A stretch of DNA of 64,000 nt from Candidatus Buchananbacteria bacterium (GTDB lineage Bacteria; Patescibacteriota; Patescibacteriia; 2-01-FULL-39-33; JBAYJR01). Shown piece after piece: positions 1 through 9,585 of the stretch. The DNA lies in the NCBI GenBank assembly GCA_041665005.1, contig JBAYJR010000003.1, positions 17,102-81,101 on the forward strand. Reading direction: 5' to 3'. The notes under the pieces are model-generated. The model searched no databases and was not told where the DNA came from. It saw only the letters and a program-made list of their open reading frames with translations. Positions within the stretch are counted from its first letter, which is position 1; each line of letters opens with the position of its first letter. A program made the translations under genes and the position numbers.

Positions 1-415
1 TGCTCAAGACAAAAAGCTCAACATGAGAATTGACGAACTGCAGGACATGCTCTTGTTTGTCCGCAACGCTTACGAAGCCTATACCAAATCGCCAGACGAG
101 ATGAAGCGATTATTCCTCGGTCTTTACTGGGAGAGATTTGAGGTGGCCGACAAAAAAGTCCAAACCGTAATACCAACGCCGATCATCAGAGGACTGATGC
201 AAGCCGAAAACATGGTATTCACCAAGAAATACAAAGAAATCACCGGACCAAGAATAATAACCGACTTGGCCGTAGAATTTACACCATTCATAGCCGGCAA
301 ATCAAAACCATTAGTTGCCCCTAAAACGCAAAAATCCCGACAAATTGCCGAGATTCCTGCAATGATATCCAATCAACCGAACTCGGTTATATTAGATACC
401 GTTTGGGGTGGATAA
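1..415 (+). CDS. 3' end of probable large serine recombinase/integrase of an element extending left of the window (partial)
   Basis: Frame open from window start; C/A-rich composition unlike host; KRLFLGLYWERFEV resembles LSR C-termini; ORF ends (TVWGG*) inside the 3' end of tRNA-His. Confidence 0.5.
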   Translation, partial: AQDKKLNMRIDELQDMLLFVRNAYEAYTKSPDEMKRLFLGLYWERFEVADKKVQTVIPTPIIRGLMQAENMVFTKKYKEITGPRIITDLAVEFTPFIAGKSKPLVAPKTQKSRQIAEIPAMISNQPNSVILDTVWGG

Positions 416-481
416 TGGGACTTGAACCCATAACCTCTGGTGCCACAAACCAGCGCTCTAACCAATTGAGCTATACCCACC
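404..481 (-). tRNA. tRNA-His(GTG)
   Basis: Reverse complement G-GTGGGTATAGCTCAATTGG...CTGGT TTGTGGC ACCAG...GGTTCAAGTCC...TATCCAC-C-CCA; G-1:C73 identity. Confidence 0.95.
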
Positions 482-619
482 ATAATAGTAGAAAGTAAAA
501 AGTTGAAAGTTTATAAAGTAGCCTTTGGTCAATTTATTACTTTCCAATGATTATCAATGTAACAGAAATCATCATCATTGTCTAGGCTAGACTAATTTTG
601 TCTGATACATATTAACCAC

Positions 620-694
620 TGGTGTCCCCAAGAGGAGTCGAACCTCTGTCTAGAGCTTAGAAGGCTCTCGTTCTATCCGCTGAACTATGAGGAC
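620..694 (-). tRNA. tRNA-Arg(TCT)
   Basis: Cloverleaf GTCCTCA...AGAGC CTTCTAA GCTCT...GGTTCGACTCC...TGGGGAC-A-CCA. Confidence 0.95.
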
Positions 695-776
695 TTAAAA
701 AGCAATTAAATTATAGTGAAAAATTGGTCATTTGTCAAGATAAAAACCCCGATCACGTTGGATCGGGGTTAATTTT

Positions 777-1964
777 TTAGTGTTTAAAAATTGGTTGATA
801 ACTGAACAGGATAATCAAACCAAAGGTTAAACCGGTAATTCCTAATAGTTGTAAGCAAGCGGTTAAAGAAAAAATTTTTAACCAGTAAGCAAACAGCCAC
901 ATTGACAAGACTTCGCCCAGACTGACGGCCGAAGATTTGAAGGAAGCGACCGTGGCGCGATTATTAGCATTAAGATAGCGATGTAGCATGTGGTTAGTGA
1001 GGGGCGTCATATAGCCACGAGCGACATTTTGTAGTAATACTAGTAAGGCGGCAGCCTGGCTGACAAAAATTCCCATCGCAATAATTGGCAAACTGACCAC
1101 CAAGACCATTAGCACGGCACTGTAAAACTCTCCTAGTTTTTGATACAACCATTCTGAGCTGTAACTACTAAGGGCAGCTGTGGCATTGAGAGCTAAAAAG
1201 ATCCAGCCAAAAGTTTTGAGGGGTAAGTCGACCAAGGTAAAATAAGGGTTGTAGGTAAAAAACCAAATTTTAGAAATTACGCTGATTAAAATCGAAAAAA
1301 TAATAATCCATTTTAGTTCGCGATGGTTTTTAACAAATCCAAAACTGGTTTTAAACAACTGGTAGTAGCCGGACCAAGTTTTTTGGTAATGTTCTACGAC
1401 CGGTGGATCAATTAGGCGACTGGCCACTAAACAATTTGCAGCGATGAAGATTACGCTTAGATAAGCGGGTAGCCGTAAATTTAAATTAGCTAAGTAGCCA
1501 ACCAGTGGAGAACAAATTGCCATTAAGGCTAAGCGGTAGGAATTTGCTTTACCAATAATGTTTTTGAATTCTTTTTCTCGACCCGCAACTTTTAGGGTGT
1601 CTATTAGTAGCGAAGAATCGGCATTAGACATTAAAGAATAGGCTATCACCCAAATTAAATTAGCCAACCAAACCGTTAGTTGATTGTTGGCCGCAGCGAA
1701 GAGTAAACATTCCAAAGTAATCAGTAGCCGCGACCAAAAAATGGTGCGTCGTCGACCGATTAAATCTGCTAAAGCTCCTGCCGGCACATCTAACAAAACT
1801 ACACCCATTACACAGCACGCTTCCATAAAGTAAATTTGCCCCAAACTCATCCGTCCTACATTTTGAATATAGGTAATCAAAATTGGTCCCCAAAATAAGG
1901 GCTCGGCTAAAAGTTGTAGCCAATAGTAAAGAATGATGTTTCTGTGAACTTGTTGTTGGTTCAT
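777..1964 (-). CDS. MFS transporter (efflux-like)
   Basis: About 12 hydrophobic segments; motif A GALADLIGRR; AGGAGG SD. Confidence 0.9.
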   Translation of the reverse strand: MNQQQVHRNIILYYWLQLLAEPLFWGPILITYIQNVGRMSLGQIYFMEACCVMGVVLLDVPAGALADLIGRRRTIFWSRLLITLECLLFAAANNQLTVWLANLIWVIAYSLMSNADSSLLIDTLKVAGREKEFKNIIGKANSYRLALMAICSPLVGYLANLNLRLPAYLSVIFIAANCLVASRLIDPPVVEHYQKTWSGYYQLFKTSFGFVKNHRELKWIIIFSILISVISKIWFFTYNPYFTLVDLPLKTFGWIFLALNATAALSSYSSEWLYQKLGEFYSAVLMVLVVSLPIIAMGIFVSQAAALLVLLQNVARGYMTPLTNHMLHRYLNANNRATVASFKSSAVSLGEVLSMWLFAYWLKIFSLTACLQLLGITGLTFGLIILFSYQPIFKH

Positions 1965-2001
1965 TAGTTATTCCTCCTGTTGTTGTAAAGTACTAGCCGC
2001 C

Positions 2002-2032
2002 AAAAATAAAAAACTCGGCAGGTCTAGCCGAG
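2002..2032 (-). terminator. Intrinsic terminator (attenuator) in the MFS leader
   Basis: Minus strand CTCGGC-TAGACCT-GCCGAG-TTTTTTATTTTT. Confidence 0.75.
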
Positions 2033-2060
2033 GAAGTTTTTATGAAAAAACAGTAATTGA

Positions 2061-2174
2061 TTAAGTAATTAGTTTAAACACTGCCCGGGTTAGACCACAA
2101 GTAATAGCACTGGTGCCGTAAAAATCGGCATCAGTCCATAAGCTCATTGGGGTGTGTTTAAATTGTTGTTGCAT
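2061..2174 (-). CDS. Putative 37-aa leader peptide MQQQFKHTPMSLWTDADFYGTSAITCGLTRAVFKLIT
   Basis: Starts just after TTGACA-17-TACAGT promoter (~2184-2212, minus) and ends before the terminator. Confidence 0.6.
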   Translation of the reverse strand: MQQQFKHTPMSLWTDADFYGTSAITCGLTRAVFKLIT

Positions 2175-2301
2175 ATTAATTTAACTGTAGCATATTGGCT
2201 TAAAAACTGTCAATCGGGTTGCCAGGGTTTATAGTAAATAGCTAAAAGTAGACTTGACAAAGTTAAACAAATCTAGTAAGATATTAGCAGTTAATTAATA
2301 A

Positions 2302-2349
2302 CGCCCCTCTGGTTTCTTGCTCATTGTCAGGCATAAACTAGGGAGTGCG
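2302..2349 (+). promoter_or_regulatory. Structured 5' leader of rpsO (candidate S15 autoregulatory RNA)
   Basis: CTCTGGTTT/AAACTAGGG stem closed by CGC/GCG, between TTGACA-17-TAAGAT promoter and rpsO. Confidence 0.5.
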
Positions 2350-2368
2350 AAAAGAAAGGAAAAACCAT

Positions 2369-2719
2369 ATGTTGGACAAAAAAGTCAAACAGCGGATTAT
2401 TGACAAGTATAAGACCCATGAAAACGATACCGGGTCGCCCGAAGTACAGATTGCTTTGTTAACTGAGGAAATTAAAAACCTCACGGAGCATTTAAAAATT
2501 CATAAAAAGGATTTTTCTTCACGTCGTGGTTTATTAAAAAAGCTTACTGAAAGACGCCGGTTGTTGCGCTATTTAGAAAAAGAAAGCGAAACCCGTTTTG
2601 AGGAATTAGCTAAAAAATTAAAGTTAAAAATTGCCAAGCGGACTGACGAATTTTCTAAGTTGTTAGCCGAAGCGGCCACCGAACGTGATGAAGCCGCCGA
2701 AAGCCAACCAGTTGTCTAA
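2369..2719 (+). CDS. rpsO: 30S ribosomal protein S15 with C-terminal extension
   Basis: [16 protein letters not shown]...[13 protein letters not shown]; ATG 2369 preceded by AAGGA. Confidence 0.97.
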   Translation: MLDKKVKQRIIDKYKTHENDTGSPEVQIALLTEEIKNLTEHLKIHKKDFSSRRGLLKKLTERRRLLRYLEKESETRFEELAKKLKLKIAKRTDEFSKLLAEAATERDEAAESQPVV

Positions 2720-2728
2720 TTATAATCT

Positions 2729-3238
2729 ATGATCAAACATAAAGAGCAGCGAGTGGGAGTATTTATTGATGTGGCTAACATGTACCACTCGGCCAAGAAT
2801 TTATATTCTGCTCGAGTTAACTATAAGGAGATTCTTACTAAAGCCGTGGCCGGTCGTAAATTGATTCGAGCCATTGCTTATGTCGTCAAGGCGCAAATTG
2901 GTGAGGAAGAAAGTTTTTTCTCGGCTTTAGACAAACAGGGCTTTGAAGTAAAAAGTAAAGATTTACAAATTTTTCCCGGTGGCATGAAAAAAGGCGACTG
3001 GGATGTTGGTATTACTATTGATATGATTAAAATGTCGCCGCAGTTAGACTCCATTGTTTTGGTAACTGGCGACGGTGATTATTTACCAGCGGTACAATAT
3101 TTACAATTTCATGGTCGGCAGGTAGAAGTGATGGCTTTTGGTAAAACCACTTCCGCTAAATTGGTAGAAGTGGCCGATGATTTTATTGATTTATCAACCG
3201 AATCACGTCGTTATTTAATTACCAATCGTCGGTATTAA
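2729..3238 (+). CDS. NYN-domain (LabA/DUF88) PIN-like protein
   Basis: VFIDVANMY, KGDWDVGITIDM, LVTGDGDYLP, ADDFIDL motifs. Confidence 0.9.
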   Translation: MIKHKEQRVGVFIDVANMYHSAKNLYSARVNYKEILTKAVAGRKLIRAIAYVVKAQIGEEESFFSALDKQGFEVKSKDLQIFPGGMKKGDWDVGITIDMIKMSPQLDSIVLVTGDGDYLPAVQYLQFHGRQVEVMAFGKTTSAKLVEVADDFIDLSTESRRYLITNRRY

Positions 3239-3264
3239 GTTATTTAAAATTTAATTAATAAAAA

Positions 3265-3380
3265 CTTTTTGGTGTAAGTTGGGGTTATTTGAAAGAGTTA
3301 AATACAAATTTGGTTTAGGTGGTTAAAACTTAAAATGTGTAATTAACTTTTTCAAGTATTTCTCGTTACGACCAAAAAAG
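3265..3380 (+). promoter_or_regulatory. Long hairpin in the pnp leader (probable RNase III site)
   Basis: TTTTTGGT/ACCAAAAA outer pairing; TTGAAAGAGTTAA(3289)/TTAACTTTTTCAA(3343) inner pairing. Confidence 0.65.
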
Positions 3381-3396
3381 TAGAAAGGAATTTTTT

Positions 3397-5619
3397 ATGT
3401 CTGAAGTAAAAAAATTCTCGACCGAATTTTGTGGTCGTACTTTGACTATCGAAACTGGACGGATAGCCAAACAAACTAATGCCAGTTGCACGGTGCAATA
3501 TGGCGAAACCGTGGTGCTAGCGACGGTAGTAATGTCCAAAGATCAACGCGAAGGCATTGATTTTTTTCCGTTATCCGTAGAATATGAAGAACGGTTATAT
3601 GCGGCGGGTAAGATTAAAGGTTCGCGTTGGGTTAAACGGGAAGGTCGGCCGAGCGAAGAAGCAGTACTGTCTGGTCGGATGATCGATCGCGCGATTAGAC
3701 CATTATTTCCTCAAGGCGTCAGAAACGATGTCCAGATAGTTTTGACGGTATTATCTTATGACGCGGAAAATGATTCAAATATTGTGGCTTTAATTGCGGC
3801 TTCGGCGGCGTTAACTATTTCTGATATTCCTTGGGCCGGTCCTTTGGCGGGAGTCAAAGTCGGTCGCGTTGAAGGTAAATTAGTATTTAACCCCACCCCA
3901 GCCGAAAAAGAAAAATCTGATTTAGATTTAGTAGTGGCCGGTTTAAATGACAAAGTTTTAATGTTAGAAGCCGGGGCTAAGCAGATTCCTGAAGCCGAGA
4001 TGTATGAGGCGATTGCTAAAGCCATGGAGCCTATTACCGTGGTGCAGAAATTCTTGCAGGAAATACAGACGCAAATTGGCAAGGTTAAGTTACCAACGGA
4101 ATTTTTTGCCGCCAAGATTACCGCGGAGCAACAAGCCGAAACTGAAAAAATTCAACAGTTGGTGGCAACTTTTGCCGCCGCTAAAGTTGAGGCCGCCTTA
4201 TTTAGTAAATCTTTAGATTCCAAATCCTCACGCAAAGAGGCAATTGCTAAATTGGATGAAGAATTGGCTAAAGAATTAATTGCCCAAGGCTTGCCGGTTG
4301 AAAAAATTGAGTCAGCCCAAGGATATTTGTATGAATTAATCGAAGGTCAAGTGACAGAAAATATTTTAAAGCATGATCGACGGGTGGATGGTCGTTTATT
4401 AACTGACGTTCGAGTTTTGGTGGGTGAAGTTAGTATTTTACCACGGACTCACGGTTCCGCGATTTTTTCTCGTGGCGAAACCCAAGTGCTTTCTTTGGTT
4501 ACCTTAGGCTCTCCGGGAGATGAACAGCAACTGGAAGGTTTGGAAGAAAATGGTAAAAAACGCTACATGCATCATTATAATTTTCCTCCTTATTCTGTTG
4601 GTGAAATCGGCAGACTAGGTTCTCCGGGACGTCGCGAAATTGGTCACGGAGATTTAGCGGAACGCGCTTTAGTGCCGGTATTACCGACCAAAGAGCAGTT
4701 TCCTTATACTATACGGGTAGTTTCAGAAGTAATGGGTTCTAACGGTTCTTCTTCAATGGCCTCTACTTGTGGCTCAACTTTATCCTTAATGGATGCTGGG
4801 GTGCCAATTACTGCTCCCGTCGCGGGAGTGGCCATGGGTTTAGCTTCTGATGGCAAGGGTCAATTTAAAGTACTAACCGATTTACAAGATTTAGAAGATG
4901 GTACTGGTGGCATGGATTTTAAAATCACGGGTACTAGCCAGGGAATTACCGCGATACAATTAGATACCAAAACTGATGGCTTGCCACTAACTGTAGTAAA
5001 ACAAACTTTGGAGCAAGCCAAACCAGCGCGGCAACAAATTTTAGAGTTAATTACTAAAACTATTCCGACGCCAAGATTAGAAATGTCAAAATATGCGCCA
5101 CGGATTATTACTTTCAGTATTCCGATTGATAAAATTAGAGATGTAATTGGTCCAGGCGGCAAAATGATTAATGAAATTATTGATGAAACGGGAGTAACGA
5201 TTGATATTGAACAAGATGGTATGGTTTATATTACTTCGGCTAATGCTGAAGCGGCAGTTAAGGCGCAAGATTGGATAAAAAATATTACTCGCGAAGTAGT
5301 GGCCGGCGAAGTTTATCAAGGTACGATTACTCGGATGTTAGATTTTGGTGCCTTTGCAGAAATTTTACCTAAACAGGAAGGTTTGATTCATGTTTCAGAA
5401 TTAGCCTGGGGTCATGTCAATAGAGTAACCGATGTGGTGCAGATTGGCGATGTGGTGCCGGTCAAGGTGTTGCAAATTGACGATCAAGGACGCATTAATT
5501 TATCTCGTAAGGCTTTAATTCCTAAACCTGAAGGTTATATTGAAGAGCCACCAATGGAACGGCCCCGACGTTTTGATCGTAATAGCGGTTCGGGTGGTCA
5601 AAGACCTTTCCGCCGCTAA
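3397..5619 (+). CDS. pnp: Polyribonucleotide nucleotidyltransferase
   Basis: Two RNase PH domains, RREIGHG, SNGSSSMAS, KH (VIGPGGK) and S1 domains. Confidence 0.98.
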   Translation: MSEVKKFSTEFCGRTLTIETGRIAKQTNASCTVQYGETVVLATVVMSKDQREGIDFFPLSVEYEERLYAAGKIKGSRWVKREGRPSEEAVLSGRMIDRAIRPLFPQGVRNDVQIVLTVLSYDAENDSNIVALIAASAALTISDIPWAGPLAGVKVGRVEGKLVFNPTPAEKEKSDLDLVVAGLNDKVLMLEAGAKQIPEAEMYEAIAKAMEPITVVQKFLQEIQTQIGKVKLPTEFFAAKITAEQQAETEKIQQLVATFAAAKVEAALFSKSLDSKSSRKEAIAKLDEELAKELIAQGLPVEKIESAQGYLYELIEGQVTENILKHDRRVDGRLLTDVRVLVGEVSILPRTHGSAIFSRGETQVLSLVTLGSPGDEQQLEGLEENGKKRYMHHYNFPPYSVGEIGRLGSPGRREIGHGDLAERALVPVLPTKEQFPYTIRVVSEVMGSNGSSSMASTCGSTLSLMDAGVPITAPVAGVAMGLASDGKGQFKVLTDLQDLEDGTGGMDFKITGTSQGITAIQLDTKTDGLPLTVVKQTLEQAKPARQQILELITKTIPTPRLEMSKYAPRIITFSIPIDKIRDVIGPGGKMINEIIDETGVTIDIEQDGMVYITSANAEAAVKAQDWIKNITREVVAGEVYQGTITRMLDFGAFAEILPKQEGLIHVSELAWGHVNRVTDVVQIGDVVPVKVLQIDDQGRINLSRKALIPKPEGYIEEPPMERPRRFDRNSGSGGQRPFRR

Positions 5620-5694
5620 AGCATTTTTCTCGTTATTTTAAAAACCCATAATCAGAGCTGATTAAGCTTAGATTATGGGTTTTAGTTAAAGATT

Positions 5695-7083
5695 ATGTGG
5701 TCAAAAATCAAAGCATTAAAACTTAATTTAAGGCAAAGTATAATTTTGGTTGTAACTTTGTTAATTTTAGGTTTGCTGGGCGGTTGGGGATGGTATGATC
5801 AGAATTTTTTAGCGGATAATTTAGCCAGATATTTGCCAGAAAATCCGGTTTACTATGTGCATCTAAATTTAACGGTTAAACCAATTGATGAATTAAGTAA
5901 AAGTTTTTTAAATAGTCAGAGTAGTATTCTTAAAGAGATTTGGCCCGAGCCGGATTATTTATTAAGCCCAGAATTTTTAACTTTGGTTGATCGCGAGGTC
6001 GCATTGGCGGGTTTTTGGCAGACGACTGAGCAAACTAAGACTTGGCAAACAGTAGTAATTGTTAAAACTAAACAAGCCGGCGGTTTGGTTGATTTGGCTT
6101 TAAGTAAAGGTTTGGCGATTAAAAAATTGGCTAACAATATTTATTTGTTGGGTCAGTTAAAGCCAGAATTAAAAAAAGCAGTTTGGTCAAAAACTGATCT
6201 TTATCAGTTGTATCAAAGAAATTGTTTAAAGCGAGCAAATTTTTGTGCCTATTTAAGCGCTAACCAAATTGAATGGCCTAGTAATTTATCAGAGTTACTT
6301 AAAAATGCTAGTTTACTGAATAATTTAGCAGTGGATCAGCCTAGTTTTTTTAGTTGGCATAAAGAAGCTAAAAGAATTGTTTGGCAAATTGTTCCGGTGG
6401 TTAAACTTAAGCAGAGTTTTGCGCCTGTACTTTGGCGGTTGGCGCAAAATCTTCCCAAAAACGCTTTGGCAGTTGGTTATAACTTGCCGGTTGATCAATG
6501 GGTGAGTCAAGAATTAAATTTAGTAGGCTTAAGTTCGGAATTAAATCAAGAGATTATCAATACTTTAAGTGGTAGTAGTTTGTGGTGGCAGTTTTTAGTT
6601 AAGGATAAACCGGTTAATTTATTAGTTTTAGCCGTGCCAGAATTAAGCCAAGACCAGGTTAGCAATTTTTTGACTAGTTATCTGGCTCGGTTGTGGCCAA
6701 AAACTGAAACCCGAATTTTGCCGGACCGCAGTAGTTATCAGGAATTAATCGTTGATCAAACTACAATTAGCTTACAAAGTCAAAAAATTGCCAGGCAGGT
6801 GGTTTATAATACTTGGTTGCCTTCACAAAAGGCCTTAGTTTGGTGGCAAAAAGATGGTTTGCTGTTTTTGGCCGATTCTTTGGAGGCGGCTAACCAGTAT
6901 TTGTTGGTTGATCAAGAAAGGGTTGGTTGGAATTACGCTAAATTTTTGGCCGGTTTGGGTAATAATTTACCAGCTTGGTCAGTTTATTTAACTGGTGATT
7001 GGCTAGAAAAACTTAACTTAAAAGGCTTTAAGACGATGCTAATTAAGCAAGAAAATGCTAAGTTAACTGGTTTTTTGCAGTAG
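5695..7083 (+). CDS. Hypothetical membrane-anchored protein
   Basis: 462-aa ORF with one N-terminal TM helix. Confidence 0.7.
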   Translation: MWSKIKALKLNLRQSIILVVTLLILGLLGGWGWYDQNFLADNLARYLPENPVYYVHLNLTVKPIDELSKSFLNSQSSILKEIWPEPDYLLSPEFLTLVDREVALAGFWQTTEQTKTWQTVVIVKTKQAGGLVDLALSKGLAIKKLANNIYLLGQLKPELKKAVWSKTDLYQLYQRNCLKRANFCAYLSANQIEWPSNLSELLKNASLLNNLAVDQPSFFSWHKEAKRIVWQIVPVVKLKQSFAPVLWRLAQNLPKNALAVGYNLPVDQWVSQELNLVGLSSELNQEIINTLSGSSLWWQFLVKDKPVNLLVLAVPELSQDQVSNFLTSYLARLWPKTETRILPDRSSYQELIVDQTTISLQSQKIARQVVYNTWLPSQKALVWWQKDGLLFLADSLEAANQYLLVDQERVGWNYAKFLAGLGNNLPAWSVYLTGDWLEKLNLKGFKTMLIKQENAKLTGFLQ

Positions 7084-7095
7084 TTAATGTTTAGC

Positions 7096-7153
7096 TGTGG
7101 ATAATATGTGGATTAAATAGTATTTTTTTGATTCGTCTAGAGAGCTATCCACA
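7096..7153. promoter_or_regulatory. Three DnaA-box-like sites
   Basis: TGTGGATAA 7096 (perfect), TGTGGATTA 7107, CTATCCACA 7145. Confidence 0.6.
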
Positions 7154-7240
7154 ATTGAGTTTTAGGGTTAAAAAGTTTATAGCTGAGGTTAGCAGAAAAT
7201 AATGATTGACCAAGAGCAAATAAAATGTTATAATTAATAA

Positions 7241-7555
7241 TGTTAACTAATGCTTTAACTAAAAAAGAGTTGATAAGTGGCTAGACTCAACTCAAATAAA
7301 AACAAAATCAAAGGTAATTTTGATTGGTCGAAAGAAAAAACCAATTATTACTACCAATTATAAGGCATAGTTTGTCCCTTTCAGCTTTCTGCCACAAAGC
7401 GTCCAAAAACCTTAGCACTGTAAATCTTCACCTTCTAGCTAAAAGTTAGCTGGAAAATGAGGTAGAACTAAGGCCTTGGGCGTCTGTCGGACTAATAAAA
7501 AACTCATTGTGATATACAATAGATTAGCGCCGCACAGGCGCCCTTCTTTTTTTGT
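7241..7555 (+). ncRNA. Unassigned structured ncRNA candidate
   Basis: TTGACC-17-TATAAT promoter (7206-7234), several hairpins, long rod 7368-7494, terminator GCGCC-GCACA-GGCGC..T-tract; no ORF of 60 aa or more. Confidence 0.5.
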
Positions 7556-7633
7556 AGAAAAATCAATTTTAGTATTCTTGACATCTACCCCAGATGGTTT
7601 ATAATAGTAGCTATTAAGTTTAATTAATCTTTT

Positions 7634-8011
7634 ATGGATAAAATTTTTATTGATGAGATAAAAGAAAAGCTAATTCAAGAGCAGGAGCGGAGTCAAAGAG
7701 AATTAGCAAAATTTTCTAAAAAAAGTATAGAAAACGACGCTTCACGAGAAGTAATTTTTCCTGATTTTGGTGACAAGGAAGATGAAAATGCCGAAGAGGT
7801 GGCGACTTATACCACCAATCTTTCTTTAGAAAAGAAGTTAGAAGAAACCTTACGCGATGTGGCTGGAGCGCTAAAGCGAATCGCCGAAGGCAAATATGGT
7901 ATTTGCAAATTTTGTGGTCAAGAAATTGATAAGTCGCGATTGTTAGCTCGGCCGGTTTCCTCCAGCTGTGTTAGCTGTAAAAAAAGCTTAAAAGGAGAAA
8001 ATATTAAATAA
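7634..8011 (+). CDS. TraR/DksA C4-type zinc-finger protein
   Basis: ALKRIAEGKYGICKFCGQEI..RL.ARP...SCVSC. Confidence 0.92.
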   Translation: MDKIFIDEIKEKLIQEQERSQRELAKFSKKSIENDASREVIFPDFGDKEDENAEEVATYTTNLSLEKKLEETLRDVAGALKRIAEGKYGICKFCGQEIDKSRLLARPVSSSCVSCKKSLKGENIK

Positions 8012-8024
8012 AAATTGTTGTGTC

Positions 8025-8486
8025 ATGAAAAAGATAGTAGTGCTTAACTTGGTGGCTTTGTTTTTTTTCTTAGTTTGCCGTTTTATCGCCTATTATTTAT
8101 TATTAAACCCCGAGCTTGCCAGGGGTTTTATTTTTTTGCCGATTTTAACTTGGTCTTTAAAATTTAACACCAATTTAGCTTTTAGTTTGGCCTTACCAAA
8201 TTTTTTGATCATAATTTTAATGGGACTAGTGTTAATTTTTTTGGCCTGGTGGTGGTTTAATAGTTTAAAAAATTTAGTAGCTACCGAAAATTTTTATTTA
8301 GCGTTAATTATTGCCGGCGCCTTGAGTAATTTAAGTGATCGTTTAAACTGGGGCGGAGTGCTAGATTATTGGCAGTTTTTAAATTTATCAATTTTTAATT
8401 TAGCGGATGTTTTGATTGTGGTCGGAATTATCGGATTATTGCTAAAAAATTTATTAGTTAACGAAAACAAAACTTATGTCCGCTAA
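8025..8486 (+). CDS. lspA: Signal peptidase II
   Basis: GALSNLSDR, GGVLDY, IFNLADV motifs; 4 TM. Confidence 0.88.
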   Translation: MKKIVVLNLVALFFFLVCRFIAYYLLLNPELARGFIFLPILTWSLKFNTNLAFSLALPNFLIIILMGLVLIFLAWWWFNSLKNLVATENFYLALIIAGALSNLSDRLNWGGVLDYWQFLNLSIFNLADVLIVVGIIGLLLKNLLVNENKTYVR

Positions 8487-9395
8487 GGTTTTTTCGGCCG
8501 CGGTAGTGGGCCTAGATTGTCAGTTAGTGGAAGTGGAGGCTGATGTTTCGCCTTTTAGTCAACCGGGAATTACCATTGTTGGTTTGCCCGATAAGGCGGT
8601 GGATGAAGCCAAAGAAAGAGTGCGTAGCGCCGTTAAAAATTCTAATTTGCAATTTCCTCGGGGCAAGGTGACGGTTAATTTGGCTCCGGCGGATTTAAAA
8701 AAAGAAGGGCCAATTTATGATTTGCCAATGGCCGTTAGTATTTTAATTACCGCCAAAGAATTACCGCAGATTGTCAATAAACAGCAATTATTTATTGGGG
8801 AATTAGCGCTAGACGGTTTATTGCGTCCGGTTTGTGGTGTTATTTCAATTGCGATTTTTTGTCGCGAACATGGGATAAAAGAATTGTTTTTGCCAGAAGC
8901 CAATGCGCCCGAAGCCACCTTAATTCCCGATTTAATTATTTATCCGGTCAAAAATTTAGGCCAATTAATTAATCATCTCAAAGGGCAGGAGTTAATTGAA
9001 GTGGCTAAAGCGTTGGTAATTGAGGCTGAGCAAGTTGTAGCGGTAGATTCGGCGTTTGATTTTGCTTTTATCCGTGGTCAGGAACAGGTTAAGCGTGCTT
9101 TAGAGATTGCCGCGGCGGGCGGGCATAATATTTTAATGTCCGGGCCCCCGGGCTCGGGTAAAACTTTGTTAGCCAAGGCTTTTCCGACTATTTTACCCAC
9201 CATGACTTTAAGAGAAAGCTTGGAAGTGACCAAAATTTATAGCGTGGCCGGGGTGTTGCCAATTGATAAGCCGTTAATTGTGCAACGTCCTTGGCGTAAT
9301 CCGCATCATACGGCTTCGGGAGCGGCTTTGGTCGGCGGTGGCGCTTGGCCGCGGCCGGGAGAAATTTCTTTAGCACATCGCGGCGTGTTATTTTT
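8476..9395 (+). pseudogene. comM: ComM/YifB Mg-chelatase-like AAA+ ATPase, 5' part (interrupted by element)
   Basis: IVGLPDKAVDEAKERVRSA, GPPGSGKT, PHHTAS, GEISLAHRGVLFL then break. Confidence 0.95.
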
Positions 9396-9585
9396 AACAA
9401 GAGTCCCGCAATCAGCATAAGCAATTCTTTACTCATAACGATCCCGATTCTCTCAGAAACCGAGAGAAGACGGGAGGTTTTGGCTACCAATCCAGGAATG
9501 CATCGCGGGCGTAGTTCTGTATGATTACGTACTATCTGAAGATATGGCGGCAATTTATGAAAAATAAAACGACATAGTACTACAT

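Noticed and set aside
7090-7260. oriC at the DnaA-box cluster
   Set aside because: No dnaA/dnaN nearby, only three boxes, and the + strand looks G/T-rich on both sides (judged by eye, skew not computed)
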